Shown here piece after piece: positions 17,969-41,483 of a stretch of DNA of 64,000 nucleotides. Both the position numbers and the translations under genes were made by a program. This DNA is from the human T2T-CHM13v2.0 reference genome, Homo sapiens. Under the pieces are notes generated by a model, which was not told where the DNA came from, searched no databases, and saw only the letters and a program-made list of their open reading frames with translations. The stretch lies in the NCBI RefSeq assembly GCF_009914755.1, contig NC_060925.1; one strand, written 5' to 3'. The stretch's first letter is position 1; every line of letters starts with the position of its first letter.

Positions 17969-18155
17969 AGTTAATGTCAGGCCAGGTGCGGTGGCTCATG
18001 CCTGTAATCCCAGTACTTTGAGAGGCCATGACGGGTGGATCACCTGAGGTCAGGAGTTCGAGATCAGCCTGGCCAACATGGTGAAACCCCATCTCAACTA
18101 AAAATACAAAAATTAGCCGGGCGTGATGGTGGGTGCCTGTAATCCCAGCTACTTA

Positions 18156-18787
<632 letters not shown>

Positions 18788-18947
18788 GTAGAAGGTCTGT
18801 GACTATGGTCATAATGATAAAGATGGAAGGTAAATGAGGAGCGTTTAAGAAATACTGGCAAAGGATTCAGCGCCTGGGATCTGGAACGAGAGCAAATCCT
18901 GGCTAGTTTCCAAAAGTAAACATCCCAACAAAGACCCAGGCAAGTTA

Positions 18948-19109
<162 letters not shown>

Positions 19110-20420
19110 CTATACAAAATTTAAAAAATAAATTATGGCCAGGTGCACTGTCTCATGCTTGTAATCTTTTGGGAGGGCAAGCCAAGAAGATCACTTGAGC
19201 TCAGGAGTTTGAGATCAGCCTGGGCAACATTGTGAGACTCCTTTTCTAAAAAAAGAAAAAAAAAGAGAGAAAAAGAAAGTTAAAAAAAAAAAGGCCAGGC
19301 ATCATAGCACACACCTGTAGTCCTAAGCTACTCAGGAGGCTAAGTTGGAGCGATCGCTTGACCCCAAGAGATCCAGGTGGCAGAGCCATGATTACACCAC
19401 TGCACTCCAGCCTGGGTGACAGAGGGAGAGAGAGACTCTGTATCAAATAAATAAATAAATAATAAATAAATAAAATGAAAATAATTATATTACCTCCTTT
19501 CATAGGGTTGTCATGAAGACTAAATTAGTTGATATTTGTATAGTGCCTACAATAGTTCTTGGCACTTAGTAAGTTCTGCATAAGTGTTTGTTAAATAACT
19601 AAATTAAATTAACTGACTTAAGCATAAAAGGGAATGTCCTGGCTCTTCTAACTAAAAAGTTCATGGGTATCTGTCTTCAGGGTGGATCTGAGAGCTCAAA
19701 GTTTGTCATCAGCTCTCTCTATCTCTCTCCTTTGCTCCCTCCTGCACCTCCCACCCTGCAACATCGCAGCTCTGCTCTGCGTTGATCTGTCCTCAGGTGA
19801 CCTCCCACCCAGCATTGGCAAGGTGGCTACAGTAGCTCCAGGGTTATATCCTCATAGCTACCAGCCCAGAGGAAAGAGATACCTCTTTGCCATTGTTGTA
19901 GGAAACTTACATATGCAGCCTAGAATCCAGGAGGTGAAGCCAAGTTCCCCAAACCTCGTGGACTGAATGTGTGGGAGGCATGGACCCTTAAGGAAAATCC
20001 AGGTGTTCTTCAAAGAAGAAAAGAGATCAGATGCTGGATAGAAAAACAAGCTAACAAAAATTTGAAGTCTGGGACTGGGCATGGTGCCTCAGCACTTTGG
20101 GAGGCTGAGGCAGGAGGATCGCTTGAGCCTAGGAGTTTAAAACCAGCCTGGGTAACATAGCAAGACCCCATATCTATAAAAAACAAAACAAAACAAAACA
20201 AAAAAAGAAAGAAAGAAAGAAAATAAAGTCCACTATACTACGTAACTTTGTAAATTATCTTAGCTCTCTGAGCCTCAGTTTCCTTGTATGTAAATGAAGA
20301 CAATCCATGACGGTGCCCACACAATAAAACCGTGGTAAGGATTAAATGAGTTAAACATCTATTACTGACGTTTAGCACCATACCAGGCAAACAGTAAGTA
20401 CTCAAGAAATGTTAGTTATT

Positions 20421-20709
<289 letters not shown>

Positions 20710-20744
20710 ATTTCTTTTTTTTCTTTTCTTTTTTTTTTTTTTGA

Positions 20745-20903
<159 letters not shown>

Positions 20904-21302
20904 TAGTGGAGATGGTGTTACTCCATGTTGGTCAGGCTGGCCTCGAACTCCCAATCTCAGGTGATCTGCCCGCCTTGGCCTCCCAAAAAGTGCTGGAATT
21001 ACAGGCGTGAGCCACCACGCCCGGCCTAGACTTTCTATCATCTTCTTCTAACAGCAATCCCTCTTCTCTGTGTAGTATTTTACGGTATACAAAGAGACTT
21101 CACCTGCATTTTTAAAATTTGATCCTCACAATAACATTCTAACTTTTTGCAAAGGTTACACAGTTGGAGAACTGGAAACTCAAGGAACCATGCATCCATC
21201 CACTTCCTCCACAAATATGAAGTGTATACCACATTCTGTGGGGAATGGCTCCTCCTCATGCTCCAGCTTCCTTCCATATTTCCACTCATCTATACCCTAG
21301 AG

Positions 21303-22158
<856 letters not shown>

Positions 22159-22316
22159 TGATCTGCCCACCTTGGCCTCCCAAAGTGCTGGGATTACGGG
22201 CTTGAGCTACCGTGCCCGGCCCAAATTTCTAATTCACCCTTTCCAAAGCAAACTCATCATCTTCTTTTCCAAACCAATAGATTCTCACAGGGTCCACGTT
22301 ATGGTCATTAACACTT

Positions 22317-23698
<1,382 letters not shown>

Positions 23699-23952
23699 GA
23701 CATTATCCTTCTGCAGTGACCCACGGTTCAAACTAAGGATTTTATTTAAGTTCTGTCTCCTTCATCATCACAGTCAGTGCCACCAAATCTCAACCACCTC
23801 TCTTTTGCCTTCCAAGTGGACAAGGCGTGAGATTATTACTTGGGAGGTAGCCTAGCATAATGATTAACACCATGGATCAGAGTTACACAGACTTTGCTGT
23901 AGAGCTTTGGACAAATTACCAATGCATGTGTAAAATTCAAAAGTAGGTGTAG

Positions 23953-24253
<301 letters not shown>

Positions 24254-24487
24254 TAGGCTGGTCTCGAACTCATGACCTCAAGTGATCTGCCTGCCTTGGC
24301 CTCCCAAAGTGTTGGGATTACAGGCGTGAGCCAGTGAGCCCGGCCTTGGAATGCACAATTTTTAAAATATGCAAATAAAAAGTTTAAAAACTTAGGAAAA
24401 AAGTACTAGGGAGGCTGAAGCAGTCAAATCACGAGATCAGGAGTTCAAGACCAGCCTGGCCAACATGGTGAAACCCTGTCTCCACTA

Positions 24488-24939
<452 letters not shown>

Positions 24940-26790
24940 CTACACTGCAGCCCAGGTGACAGAGTGAGACTCTGGCTCAAAAAAAAAAAAGAAAGGAAAA
25001 AAAGAGTACTAAAAGGTATAGGAATGACAAGTAAACCTCCTTCTCTCCCCTTTCCCAGAGCCACTCTGTTTCTCACCTAGGAAGGTAGCCACTTCCTGAA
25101 TGTCAGTTATGAGTTTCTTTTTTTCATTGCTGCTGCACAAATTAAAGTTCTCAGTGTTTCTAACTTCATGTCATGCTTTAAGTTTTCGACTATCAAACTT
25201 GAGGCTCATCTTAAACCCTTCCCTGACTCTCTCTCCCTAGGACAGAGTCTGTTGCTCCTTCCTGTGGACAAACTACATAAACCTCTACAAAACTCACTGA
25301 ATTTATTGCTTTGATCATAGATGTATTGATCTTTGTCACTATCTTATGAGTATCTAGGAAACCAGTGCCTTTTGTCTTTGTGAGCCTGATCTCTACCCAG
25401 TTCAGTGCTTGATGCAGTGTGGGTATTTAGTGAATCTCTGATGACTGAATGCATTTCCCCGATCAGGCATTTTCAGACGCCCCAGTGCATGTGGAGATAT
25501 AATCTCAACTCTTCATATGGGCTTTCCAATTATTTCCATTAGGCCTCACCTCCGCTACCCAGACTGATCTCCTGGGAAATTCGGCTGTAGCCAAGATAAT
25601 CTCCTTATTAACACCTGTCTGCCAAACTCTGTTTTACCGGCAGACATTTGCTTATGCTGCTGACCATCAGTTGAAATTCTGGAATCAAATATTACAAGAT
25701 ATCACATGCTATTTCCTAGGAATAAGAGATTTATCCAATTTTTTTTTTTCCGAGTCAGGGTCTCTTTCTGTTGTCCAGGCTGGAGTGCAGTGGCACGGTC
25801 ATGACTGACTGCAGCTTCAGCCTCCTGGGTTCAATCGATCTGCCTGCTTCAGTCTCCCGAGTAGCCTTCACTACAGGCACGCACCACCATGCCCCGCTAA
25901 TTTTTATATTTTTTGTAGAGATGGAATACCATGTTGCCCAGACTGATCTCAAACTCCTGAGCTCAAGCAATCTGCCTGCCTCGGCCTCCTGAAGTGCTGG
26001 GATTACTGGCATGAGCCACCACACCCAGTTCCAATCTATATTTATTTATCCAATATATAAATGCTTAATATGTCTCACAAGAAGGTGTCCCGTTTGGGAA
26101 GTTGAAATCAATCCCATTGTAGCATTTTTTAAAATTGCAAAGAACACTGAAAGTACCCTAAATGTTTATGTTTATCAATACAGGAATGGTTAAACAACAT
26201 TTATGGGATCTTTACTCCGTGGTATACTACACGGCTGTTAAATGAGCTAGGTCTGGGAAGGTCAAGCTGGATAAATGAAATCATGTAGGAGGAAGCATGC
26301 CTGACTTCTTCCTACAGTGTTATGTTTGTGAGATCCTTCTAGATAGTTACATGTGGTAGTAGTTTTCTCCTTGTTGCCGTATAGTAACCCCCTGTATGAA
26401 TAACACTGCAATTTATATACACATTTATTTATCCACTCTACTATTGATGATCATTTGGGTTGTTTTCAACTTCTGGTTGTGATGGTTGCGTTGGCTGTTA
26501 TAAATATTCTTGTGCATACCTTGGTATACATATGAATACATATTCACAATCCACTTAGAGTGTAGGATATGCATATGTGTGTTCAGCTTTATTTGATACT
26601 GTCAGATAGTTTTGAAAGTGATTGTACTCTTCTACACTCCTACAAACAGTGAATAAGAGTACCAGTTGCTTCACATCCTCAGCAAAACTTGGTAGTGTCA
26701 ATATTTTACATTTTAGCCATTTTGATAGGTGAGTAGTGAGCTGTCATTGTACTTTTAATTTGTATTTCTCTCATGACTTGAGATTGATAA

Positions 26791-27099
<309 letters not shown>

Positions 27100-27501
27100 T
27101 GAACTCCTGACCTCAGGTGATCCACCAGCCCCAGCCTCCCAAAGTGCTGAGATTACAGGCTTGAGCCACCAAGCCTGGCTAGAGTCATCTTTTTTCTTAT
27201 TGATTTATAGTGATTCTTTATACAGTATATCCTGAATACATGGGTATTTATATGTGTTGTAAATATCTTCTCCCCCTTTTTGGTTTGCCTTTGTATTTTA
27301 GCAATATGTAAGGTTGCCCATCCTTCCTCATCTTTGTCAGCATTAAAATGCAATGTAGGTCGGGTGTGGTGGCTCATGCCTTAATTCCAGCACGTTGGGA
27401 GGCTGAGGTGGGTGGATCACCTGAGGTCAGGAGTTTGAGACCAGCCTGGCCAACACGGTGAAATCCCATCTCTACTAAACAAACAAACAAACAAAAAACT
27501 A

Positions 27502-27738
<237 letters not shown>

Positions 27739-27756
27739 TTATTTTTTTTTTTTTGA

Positions 27757-28203
<447 letters not shown>

Positions 28204-28287
28204 TAGAACTATAGGCATGCACCATCACAGCTGGCTAATTTTTGTATTTTTTGTAGAGAGGGGGTTTTGCCATGTTGCCTAGGCTGA

Positions 28288-28650
<363 letters not shown>

Positions 28651-29864
28651 TAGTCTCGAACTCCTGACCTCCGGGTATCCACCCACCTCCGCTTGCCAAA
28701 GTGCTGGGATTACAGGCGTGAGCCACTGCGCCCGGCTGTGTTTTCTTTTTCTAGAGTAGTTTTAGATTTACAGGAAACTGGCTGGGTGCAGTGGCTCATG
28801 CCTGTAATCCCAGCGCTTTGGGAGGCCGAGGCGGGCGGATCACCTGAGGTCAGGAGTTTGAGAGCCTGGCCAACATGGCAAAAGCCCATCTCTACTAAAA
28901 ATACAAAACAAAAAAAAATTAGCTGGGCATGGTGGCAGGTGCCTGTAATCCCAGCTACTCAGGAGGCTGAGGCAGGAGAATTGCTTGAACCAGCAGGCGG
29001 AGGCTACAGTGAGCTGAGATCGTGCCATTGCACTCCAGCCTGGGTGACAGAGCGAGACTTGGTCTGAAAAAGAAAAAAGAAAGATTTACAGGAAACTGAG
29101 CAGATAGTAGAGTTCCCATATACCTCCTTTCCACTCCCTCCCTCACAGTTTCCCCTATTATTAATATTACATTAGTGTGGTACATTTGTACCACACTAAT
29201 TAAACCAACATGGATATATTATTATTAATCATAATATGAATGTATTATTATTATTAGCTGAAGTCCATAGTTTACATTAAGATTCACTGTGTCATATAGC
29301 AATATGGTTTTGAAAAAAATGCATAATGTCACATATCCACCATTATAGTATCACATAATATAGTTTCACTGCCCTAAAAATCCTCTTTTTATCCCTCCCC
29401 TTCTTTTCCCCTTGATCATCTGGCAGCCACTGATCTTTTTACTGTCTCTACAGTTTTGCTTTTTCCAGGAAGTCATGTATTTACAATCATACAATAGGAA
29501 GCCTTTACAGACTGGCTTCTTTCAGAAAGCAATATGCATTTAAGTTTCCTCCATATCTTTTTGTGGCTTGATAGCTCATTTATCACTGAATAACATTCCG
29601 TTGTATGAATGTACCACAGTTTGTTTATCCATTCACCTTTTGAAAGACGTCTTGGCTGCTTCCAGTTTGGGGCAATTAAGAATAAAGCTAGATAAATGTT
29701 CATGTGCAGGTTTTTATGTGGACATAAGTCTTTTTGGTCCATTAGGGTATTTATTAAAGTAAATAAACTACTATTTACCCTAGTAAATACTCCTAGGTAT
29801 TTACCTAGGAGTGCAATTGCAGGATGGTGGGGTAAGACTATTTTTAGCTTTGTAAGAAACTGCC

Positions 29865-30411
29865 CACCGTCTGGCAGGTGTACCCAACAGCTCATTGAGA
29901 ACGGGCCATGATGACGATGGCGGTTTTGTGGAATAGAAAAGGGGGAAGGTGGGGAAAGGATAGAGAAATCAGATTGTTGCTGTGTCTGTGTAGAAAGAAG
30001 TAGACATGGGAGACTTCATTTTGTTCTGTACTAAGAAAAATTCTTCTGCCTTGGGATGCTGTTGATCTGTGACCTTACCCCCAACCATGTGCTTTCTGAA
30101 ACATGTGCTGTGTCCACTCAGGGTTGAATGGATTAAGGGCGGTGCAAGATGTGCTTTGTTAAACAGATGCTTGAAGGCAGCATGCTCATTAAGAGTCATC
30201 ACCACTCCCTAATCTCAAGTACCCAGGGACACAAACACTGCGGAAGGCCGCAGGGTCCTCTGCCTAGGAAAACCAGAGACCTCTGTTCACTTGTTTGTCT
30301 GCTGACCTTCCCTCCACTGTTGACCCATGACCCTGCCAAATCCCCCTCTGCGAGAAACACCCAAGAATGATCAATAAAAAAAAAAAAAAAAGAAAAAAGA
30401 AAAAAAAAAAA
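29865..30411 (+). mobile_element. 5'-truncated SVA (SINE-R domain plus poly(A)), older subfamily (B/C-like)
   Basis: Starts at the VNTR/SINE-R boundary (GTCTGGCAGGTGTACCCAACAGCTCATTGAGAACGGGCCATGATGAC), ends ...CCCAAGAATGATCAATAAA(A)n. TSD AAGAAACTGCC (29854-29864 / 30412-30422). Confidence 0.93.
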
Positions 30412-30892
30412 AAGAAACTGCCAAACTGTCTTCCAAAGTGGCTGTACCATTGTGCATTTCCACCAGCAATGAATGAGAGTTTTTGTTGCTCCATAGCCTT
30501 GCCAGCATTTGTTATTGTTAGTTTTCTGGATTTTAGCCATTCCAATAGGTGTGTAGTGGTATCTCATTTTAATTTATGATTCCCTAATGACATGTGGTTT
30601 GGCATCTTTCCATATGCTTATTTGCCACTTGTATATTTTCTTTCGTGAGATGTCTGTTTAGACCTTTTGCCCATTTTTTAATTGGGTTATTTTCTTATTG
30701 TTGAGGTTTTTTGGTGTTTTGCTTTGTTTTAGTTTTTTGAGACTGGGTCTTGTTTTGTCGACCAGGGTGGAATGCAGTGGCATGATCATAGCTTACTGCA
30801 ATCTTGTACTCCTGGGCTCAAGTGATGCACCTCAGGCTTCCAGGTAATTGGTGTAGCTGGGACTACAGGCATGCGCCACCATGCCTGGCTAA

Positions 30893-31141
<249 letters not shown>

Positions 31142-31636
31142 TGATCAGCCCGCCTTGGCCTCCCAAAGTGCTGGGATTACAGGCATGAGCCACTGCGCCC
31201 GGCAAATTTTTAAATTTTTTTAGAGACATGATCTTGCTCTGTTGACCAGACTGGTCCTGAACTCCTGGCCTTAAGCAATCCTCCCACCTTGGCCTCCCAG
31301 AATGCTGGGATTATAGGCATGAACCACCATTCCTGGTCTTATTGTTGAGTTTTAAGAGTACTTTGTCTTTTGCAAATGTTTTCTCCCAGTTGTGGTTTGT
31401 CTTTACATTCTCCTAACAACATCTTTTATAGAGCAAGTTTTAAATTTTAATGAAGTCCAACATAGCAATTTATCCTTTCATGGATCTAAAAATTTAACAT
31501 CAAACTCAAGGTCACCTACATTTTCTCCTATGTTATCTTGAAGAAGTTTGTGATTTTGCATTTTGCGTTTAGGTTTATGATCCACTTTGAGTTAATTTTT
31601 GTGAAAGTGTTTTTGTTTTGTTTTGTTTTGAGGTAG

Positions 31637-32632
<996 letters not shown>

Positions 32633-32648
32633 TGAGCCACCGTGCTCA

Positions 32649-32837
<189 letters not shown>

Positions 32838-35480
32838 TTAAGAAAACTACCCATGGCCAGGCATGGTGGCTCACGCCTGTAATCCCAGCACTTTGGGAAT
32901 CTGAGGTGGGCAGATTGCTTGGGCCCAAGAGTTGGAGACCAGCCTGGGCAACATGGTAAAACCCTATCTCTACCCAAAATTACAAAAATTAGCCAGGTGT
33001 CGTGGTGCACACCTGTAGTCCCAACTACTTGTGAGGCTAAGGTGGGAGGATCACCTGAGCCTAGGAAGTTGAGGTTGCAGTGAGCTGTGATCATGCCACT
33101 GCCCTCCAGCCTGGGTGACAGAGTGAGACTCTGTCTCAAAAAAAAAAAAAAAAATTATCCTTTCTCCATTGAATTGCCTTTGTGTGGGTCTGTTTCTGAG
33201 TTCTATATTCTGTTCCATTAATCTATTTGTCTATTCTTTCACCTGTACCACACTCTTTTGATTATTGTAGCTTTTTTTTTCTTTTTTTGAGACACAGTCT
33301 CATTCTGTCACCCAGGCTGGAGTATAGTGGCATGATCTCGGCTCATTGCAATCTCCGCCTCCTGGATTCAAGTGATTCTCCTCCTCAGCCTCCCAAGTAG
33401 CTGGGATTACAGGTGTGTGCCACCACACCCAGCTAATTTTTGTATTTTTAGTAGAGACGAGGTTTCGCCATGTTGGCCAGGCTGATCTCCAACTCCTGAT
33501 CTTAGGTGATCCGCCAGTCTCGGCCTCCCAAAGTGATGGGATTATAGGCGTGAGCCACCACACCCGGCCAATTATTGTAGCTTTATAGTAATCTGGAAGT
33601 TGGGTGGTGTCAGTTTTAAAATTTGAAATTCATTATTTCAATGTCTTCTACGAGCATACTGTGAATTTCTATTTATAAGGTGGTGACATATGGTATACCC
33701 TATTTACAAGATATAAAAAGGCTAAATAACCTGTTCATCTAACAGGTAACAGTCTTCGTTTTTCAGTGCCTTAATGCACTAACCTGCTCCCTGAGAGAGG
33801 AACCATGCTCTATCTCTGTTGTCAAGCAAGGTTAACAACTATTCCCCACAGCACGTTAAAACACTGGAATTCTGTTGTTTTGGTTCATTTGTTTGTTTAT
33901 TTTTGAGATGGTGTCTTGTTCTGTCATCTAGGCTGGAGTGCAGTGGTGCAACCTCAGCTCACTACAACCTCCACCTCGAGTTCAAGCGATTCTCCCGCTA
34001 TCAGTCTCCCAAGTAGCTGGGACTATTGGTGCGTGCCACCACACCCAGCTAATTTTAAAATTTTTAGTAGAGATGAGGTTTCACCATGTTGGCCAGGCTG
34101 TTCTCAGACTCTTGACCTCAAGTGATCCCCCTTCCTTGGCCACCCAAAGTGCTGGGATTACAGGCGTGAGCCACCACGTCTGGCCCCTGGAATTCTATTT
34201 GATATGTCCTTTCTGAGTTTGACTAGCAGAAGTTATACCCCTGATTTGTTTTGTTTTGTTTTGTTTTGTAGAGATGGGTTTTTGCTATGTTGCTGAGGCT
34301 AGTCTCGAACTCCTGGGCTCAAGCAATCCTACTGCCTCAGCCTCCCAAAGTGTTGGGATTACAGGTGTGGGCCACTGTGCCTGGCCTATCCCCTCTGATT
34401 TTGACTGACACAGCTGAGAGTCTGTCCATATGGAACTAGGTTTGAGCCATGGATTTGAGTTCTGCCCAAAATTATCACCTTGAAATGTTCTGTGGCAGAT
34501 ATTCCTGGTTGGCTAGCTCAAATCCATGCCTCAATTTATTTTCCTTTGCCTTCTCTTGCCATATAGAGGCTAGGAATACTAAATAATTGCTTTCCAGACT
34601 TTTCCAGATCTACCTTGTAGATAGAGGTCGTTACAAGACGTAGCTCTGGCAAGTGAGATATAAATAGAAATCTGTTTGGGGTCTTCGAAAAAGCTTTTGC
34701 TTTTTTGATAAAAAGCAGCTAGTGCCTCTCCCTTTCTCTTGTTCATTTTGCCTTGAACACAGTTGAGATGCTTGGTGCTACAGCAGCCATTTTGTAACTA
34801 TAGTGAACAACTAAAACTTAGGATTCTGGAACAGAAAAAAGATAGAAATAAATTATGTTGAATGGCTGAACTAATTACAATAATCACCTCGGGACTTGCT
34901 GGGTGAGAAAGCTCAACCTCATATGTTTAAGCCACTGCTAGTTGGATTGCATGTTATTTGCAACTGAAAACAGTCTTAACAGATCTAACTCTTCTAGGGG
35001 GGCCATCATTGCATAGACATCTTTGGAATGACTCCTGGAAATGCCACAGGTTTTCTTGACATAGTCTCATGAATGTTTTCACTGGTGGCAATCTTTGCCT
35101 TTGTTGGCTGGATTGGAATGGAGACGTTTAGCTTAGGAAACAGAAGGCTTAGTGGGGACATGAACGTTTCATTGCCTGAAGTTGTTTTTATTTTTATTTT
35201 AGAAACAGGGTCTCACTTTGTCATCTGGGCTGGAGTGCAGTGGCACGATCATAGCTCACTGTAACCTTGAACTCCTGGGTTCAAGGCATCCTCCTACATA
35301 GCTAGGACTACAGGCACATGCCACCATGCCACCATGCCTGGTTAATATTTTTAAAAAGTATTTTCAGAGATGAGGTCTCTCTGTGTTGCCCAGGTCGGTC
35401 TCAAACTCCTGGCCTCAAACTATCTTTCCGTCTAGGCCTCCTAAGTAGCTGGGATTACAGGTGTGAGCCACCACGCACTG

Positions 35481-35517
<37 letters not shown>

Positions 35518-37532
35518 GAGAGACAGGCTCTCGCTGTGTTGCCCAGGCTGGCCTCAGACTCCTGGGATCAAGCAATCCTCCTGCCTCAGCCTCCAAAACT
35601 GCTAGAATTACAGGCATGAGCCACTGCACCTAGCCCTTGAAGCTTTATTAAGGGCAAAAGGGATCATTATGACTACCGCTCCTGCTAATCCCCCCAAATT
35701 GTCCCAGACCTTAACAGTTTACACAAAAATCACCTCATTTAACATACAAAACCTATGTTGCCACAGATAACAGAGCTGGGACAAATAAGTGGAAGTTAGA
35801 ACTTTATCATTAAGAAGAACTGCTTAATGATCAGAATAGTTCCAACAAGAAAACGTGCTGCTGACGGGGTGAAGTGGCTCAACCTTTAATCCCAGCACTT
35901 TGGGAGGCTGAGTCAGAAGGATTGCTTGAGGCCAGGAATTCAAGACCATCCTGGGCAAAAAAGTGAGATCCTGTCTCTACAAAAACAAAAAAAAAATTTA
36001 ATAAATGAAAATTTTAAAAGGTTGAGCAGAGAAGTGAAGGTACAGAGAAGGGAAGCTGATTAGGGCCCACTCAGACTCGAGTCTGGGGAGTAAGATTGGC
36101 TAATTTTTTTTTCTTTCTTTCTTTTTTTTTTTTTTTTTGAGACAGAGTCTCACACTGTCGCTCAGGCTGGAGTGCAGTGTGCCATCTCTGCTCATCGCAA
36201 CCTCCACCTCCTGGGTCCAAGTGATTCTCCTGCCTCAGCCTCCTGAGTAGCTGGGATTACAGGCATGTGCCACCACACCCAGCTAATTTTTTGTATTTTT
36301 AGTAGAGACGGGGTTTTACTATGTTGGCCAGGCTGGTCTTGAACTCCTGACCTCATGAGCTGCCCACCTTGGCCTCCCAAAGTGCTGGGATTACAGGCGT
36401 GAGCCACCGCACTGGGCCTAGATTGGCGAATTCTTTCTTAGCCTAGCTAAGTAGGATTTTAGAGAAGGAACAGGGATGGGAGTAGGAGAGTGATTCCAAG
36501 TGGAAGGCACAGCTGGAACACAGGTACAGTATATGCACAAGAGAAGTTTGGAAACTCTCAATGAGTTGGACTAGAGTTTAGAGTTTGGGCTCTTGGTGAT
36601 TTGTGACTTTAAACAAGTTACCAAATTGTTCTAGGCCACAGTTTTCTCCTTGGTTAAACGAAGGAACTAACTAAAATCAGTGGGTCTCTATCTTTTCTCA
36701 TGGTGACTTAGATTGTACTCCCAAGACGCTTTGCAACCAAAAGTCCTAAATGAAATAAAAGGAGGTAATACTTCTTCGTTGTTACTGTGTTTTGTTTTTC
36801 TTTTTTTTTTTTTTTGAGACAGAGTCTTGCTCTGTCATCCAGGCTGGAGTGCGGTGGCACAGATATCAGCTCACTGCAGCCTCTGCCTCCCGGGTCCAAG
36901 CAATTCTCCTGCCTCAGCCTCCTGGGTAGCTGGGATTACAGGTGCACGCCACTATGCCCCACTAATTTTTGTATTTTTAGTAGAGACAGGGGTTTCCCCA
37001 TGTTGGCCAGGTTAATCTCAAACTCCCGGCCTCAAGTGATCCTCCTGCCTTGGCTGGGATTACAGACATGAGCCACCGCACCCAGACTGTTGTTATTGTT
37101 TAAACAATGAAATTCTTGTATGAGGCTGGGCATGGTGGCTCGCATCTGTAATCCTAGCACTTTGGGAGGCTGACACAGGAGGACTGCTTGAGGTCAGGAG
37201 TTTAAGACCAGCCTGGGCAACATAGCAAGATCCCATCTCTAAAAAAAATAATAATAATTAGCCAGGAGTGGTGGTGCATGCCTGTAGTCTCAGTTATTCA
37301 GGAAGCTGAGGTGGGTGGATTCTTGACTCTAGGAGATTGAGGCTACAGGGGGCTAGGAGCCTACCACTGCACTCCAGTCTAGGCCACAGAATGAGACAGT
37401 GTCTCAAAAAAAAAAAAAAAAAAAGATGACATTTTTGTATGATAATAATTATCACAGTATAGAGATTATAGACCTTTAACTTTTAGTCAGGCTTAGTGCC
37501 TGTCAAGATGGATTTTTTTCTTCATTTAATTA

Positions 37533-37854
<322 letters not shown>

Positions 37855-39295
37855 TTAGAAACTACTTCAAATATTCAGAAATCTACAGATAATATAACCA
37901 CCAAGATAAAAGTGATGTTTAACATTTTGTTTAATATTTAATATAAATATTATATTTAGTTCTAATCTTTTTTCTAATCTCTTTTTTTAAGAGATAAAAT
38001 GATATAAATACAGCTAAAATCCCGTCCCCACCTCTTTTCTTCCTCTTTCTTAGAAGTGAGCACACTCGCTGGTTGATTCAGAATGTACTGCCCATGAGTT
38101 AGCCCTGCTCCACAAGCAGCAGTACTGTTTTGGGGAGTTTGGGGGGCTTTTGTGAGACAGGGTGTCACTCCAGTTGCCCTGGCTGGAGTGCAGTGGCATG
38201 ATCTGGGCTCACTGCAGCCTCAGCCTCCCGGGGTCAGGTGATTCTTCCACCTCAGGCTCCCTAGTAGATGGGACTACAGGTGTGCCACCATGCCCAGTTA
38301 ATTTTTTTTTATTTTTATTTTTTAGTAGAGATGGGGTTTTGCCATGTTGCCAAGGCTGGTCTCAAACTCGTGGACTCAAGCAATCCACCCCATCTCGGCC
38401 TCCCAAAGTGCTGGGATTACAGTTGTGAGCTACCCAGCCTGGCCAGAAGTAGTACTGTTAAAAAAAAAAAAAAAAAGAAGTAAGCACTCTCCCAAAATTG
38501 CTGTCTTTCCCATTTAACTTTTTGTATTTTTCTACATATATATTTATAAATATATGACATTTTTGTGTTCAATTTTACATAAATGCCATACTGAATGTAT
38601 TATCTTTAAACTTCCTTAACTCATTATGTTTTTAAGATTTATCTATCTCGATGGCATGTAAATCATTTAATTGGTTGTATGGTACTCCATTGTATGACTA
38701 ACCCACAATTCATCCATTGATTCCCCTTACAGAAAGACAGGTTGTTTCAACATTTTTGCTATTATAATACAGTTGGAAGGAATATTCCTGCCAATGTCTC
38801 CTCGTACACACATGCAATAGATCCCCTAAGATATCAGAAGTAGAATTGCTGGGTTGTAAAATATAAGCATCTTTAATTGTAGGTTGAATATGTCCACTTT
38901 TGCCTAGGAATCCAATTAGGAGATGAAAATGATAGTATCAGTGACTGCCTCTGCAGAGTTGGTGATCAGTTGAGGCATCATCTCATGCTCTTAGGAGAGA
39001 AAAAACAGCAACATTCACTGTCATAGCTTTATTTGAATAATCCTTGTCTGTTTCCAAGAGCCAAATAAAAAAATTGGAAATGGTCACTTAATTAAATATC
39101 TACCTAATACAATAATTGCTTCTAGAGTATCTTGGACACATGTGTATATAGCCTGTACTTGAATACTACCAGAAACAAAGAACTGACAACCTCTCAAAGT
39201 AGTCCAACTCTATTGGTTAGAAAATTATTTTAGGCCGGGCATGGTGGCTCACACCTGTAATCCCAGCACTTTGTGAGGCCGAGGCGGGTAAATCA

Positions 39296-40234
<939 letters not shown>

Positions 40235-40548
40235 TGAGCCACCGCGCCTGGCCAATGTTTATATTTTTTGTAGAGACAGGATTTTGCCGTATTGCCCACG
40301 CTGGTCTGGAACCAAAACGTTGGGATTACAGGCGTAAGCCTCCATGCCTGGCCGAGTCTCTGTTTCTTCTATGTAAAATGGGAGTAAGAATCATACCTAA
40401 CTCACAACGTGGTTGGGAGAAGCAAATGAGTTAGTGTGTGTTAATGTATATGGGTGTGTGTGCGTGCGTGTACACATATGTATGCATAGATTTATGTATA
40501 GGTCTCTGCCTATATGGAGAGAGAGGAAGTGAGAAAGAGAGAAACTCA

Positions 40549-40939
<391 letters not shown>

Positions 40940-41225
40940 CTACCAACGAAAGTTCATTCTGACAACAAATATTTACTGAGTTTCTGCTATGTGCCATAGA
41001 CTGTGCTAGGAGTCACAGAAACATCACCCACTCTTCTCTATCAGTATATCTAAGATCCTCTGTGACCTTGCCAGCATTAAACAAGACTTTAAAATGGGGG
41101 TTCTCTGGCCGGGCGCGGTGGCTCATGTCTGTAGTGACAGCACTTTGGGAGGCAGAGGCGGGTGGATCACGAGGTCAGGAGATCGAGACTATCCTGGCTA
41201 GTACGGTGAAACCCCGTCTGTACTA

Positions 41226-41483
<258 letters not shown>

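Noticed and set aside
29865-30411. HERV-K LTR5 solo LTR
   Set aside because: The VNTR-boundary start, poly(A) tail and 11-bp TSD identify it as an SVA SINE-R.
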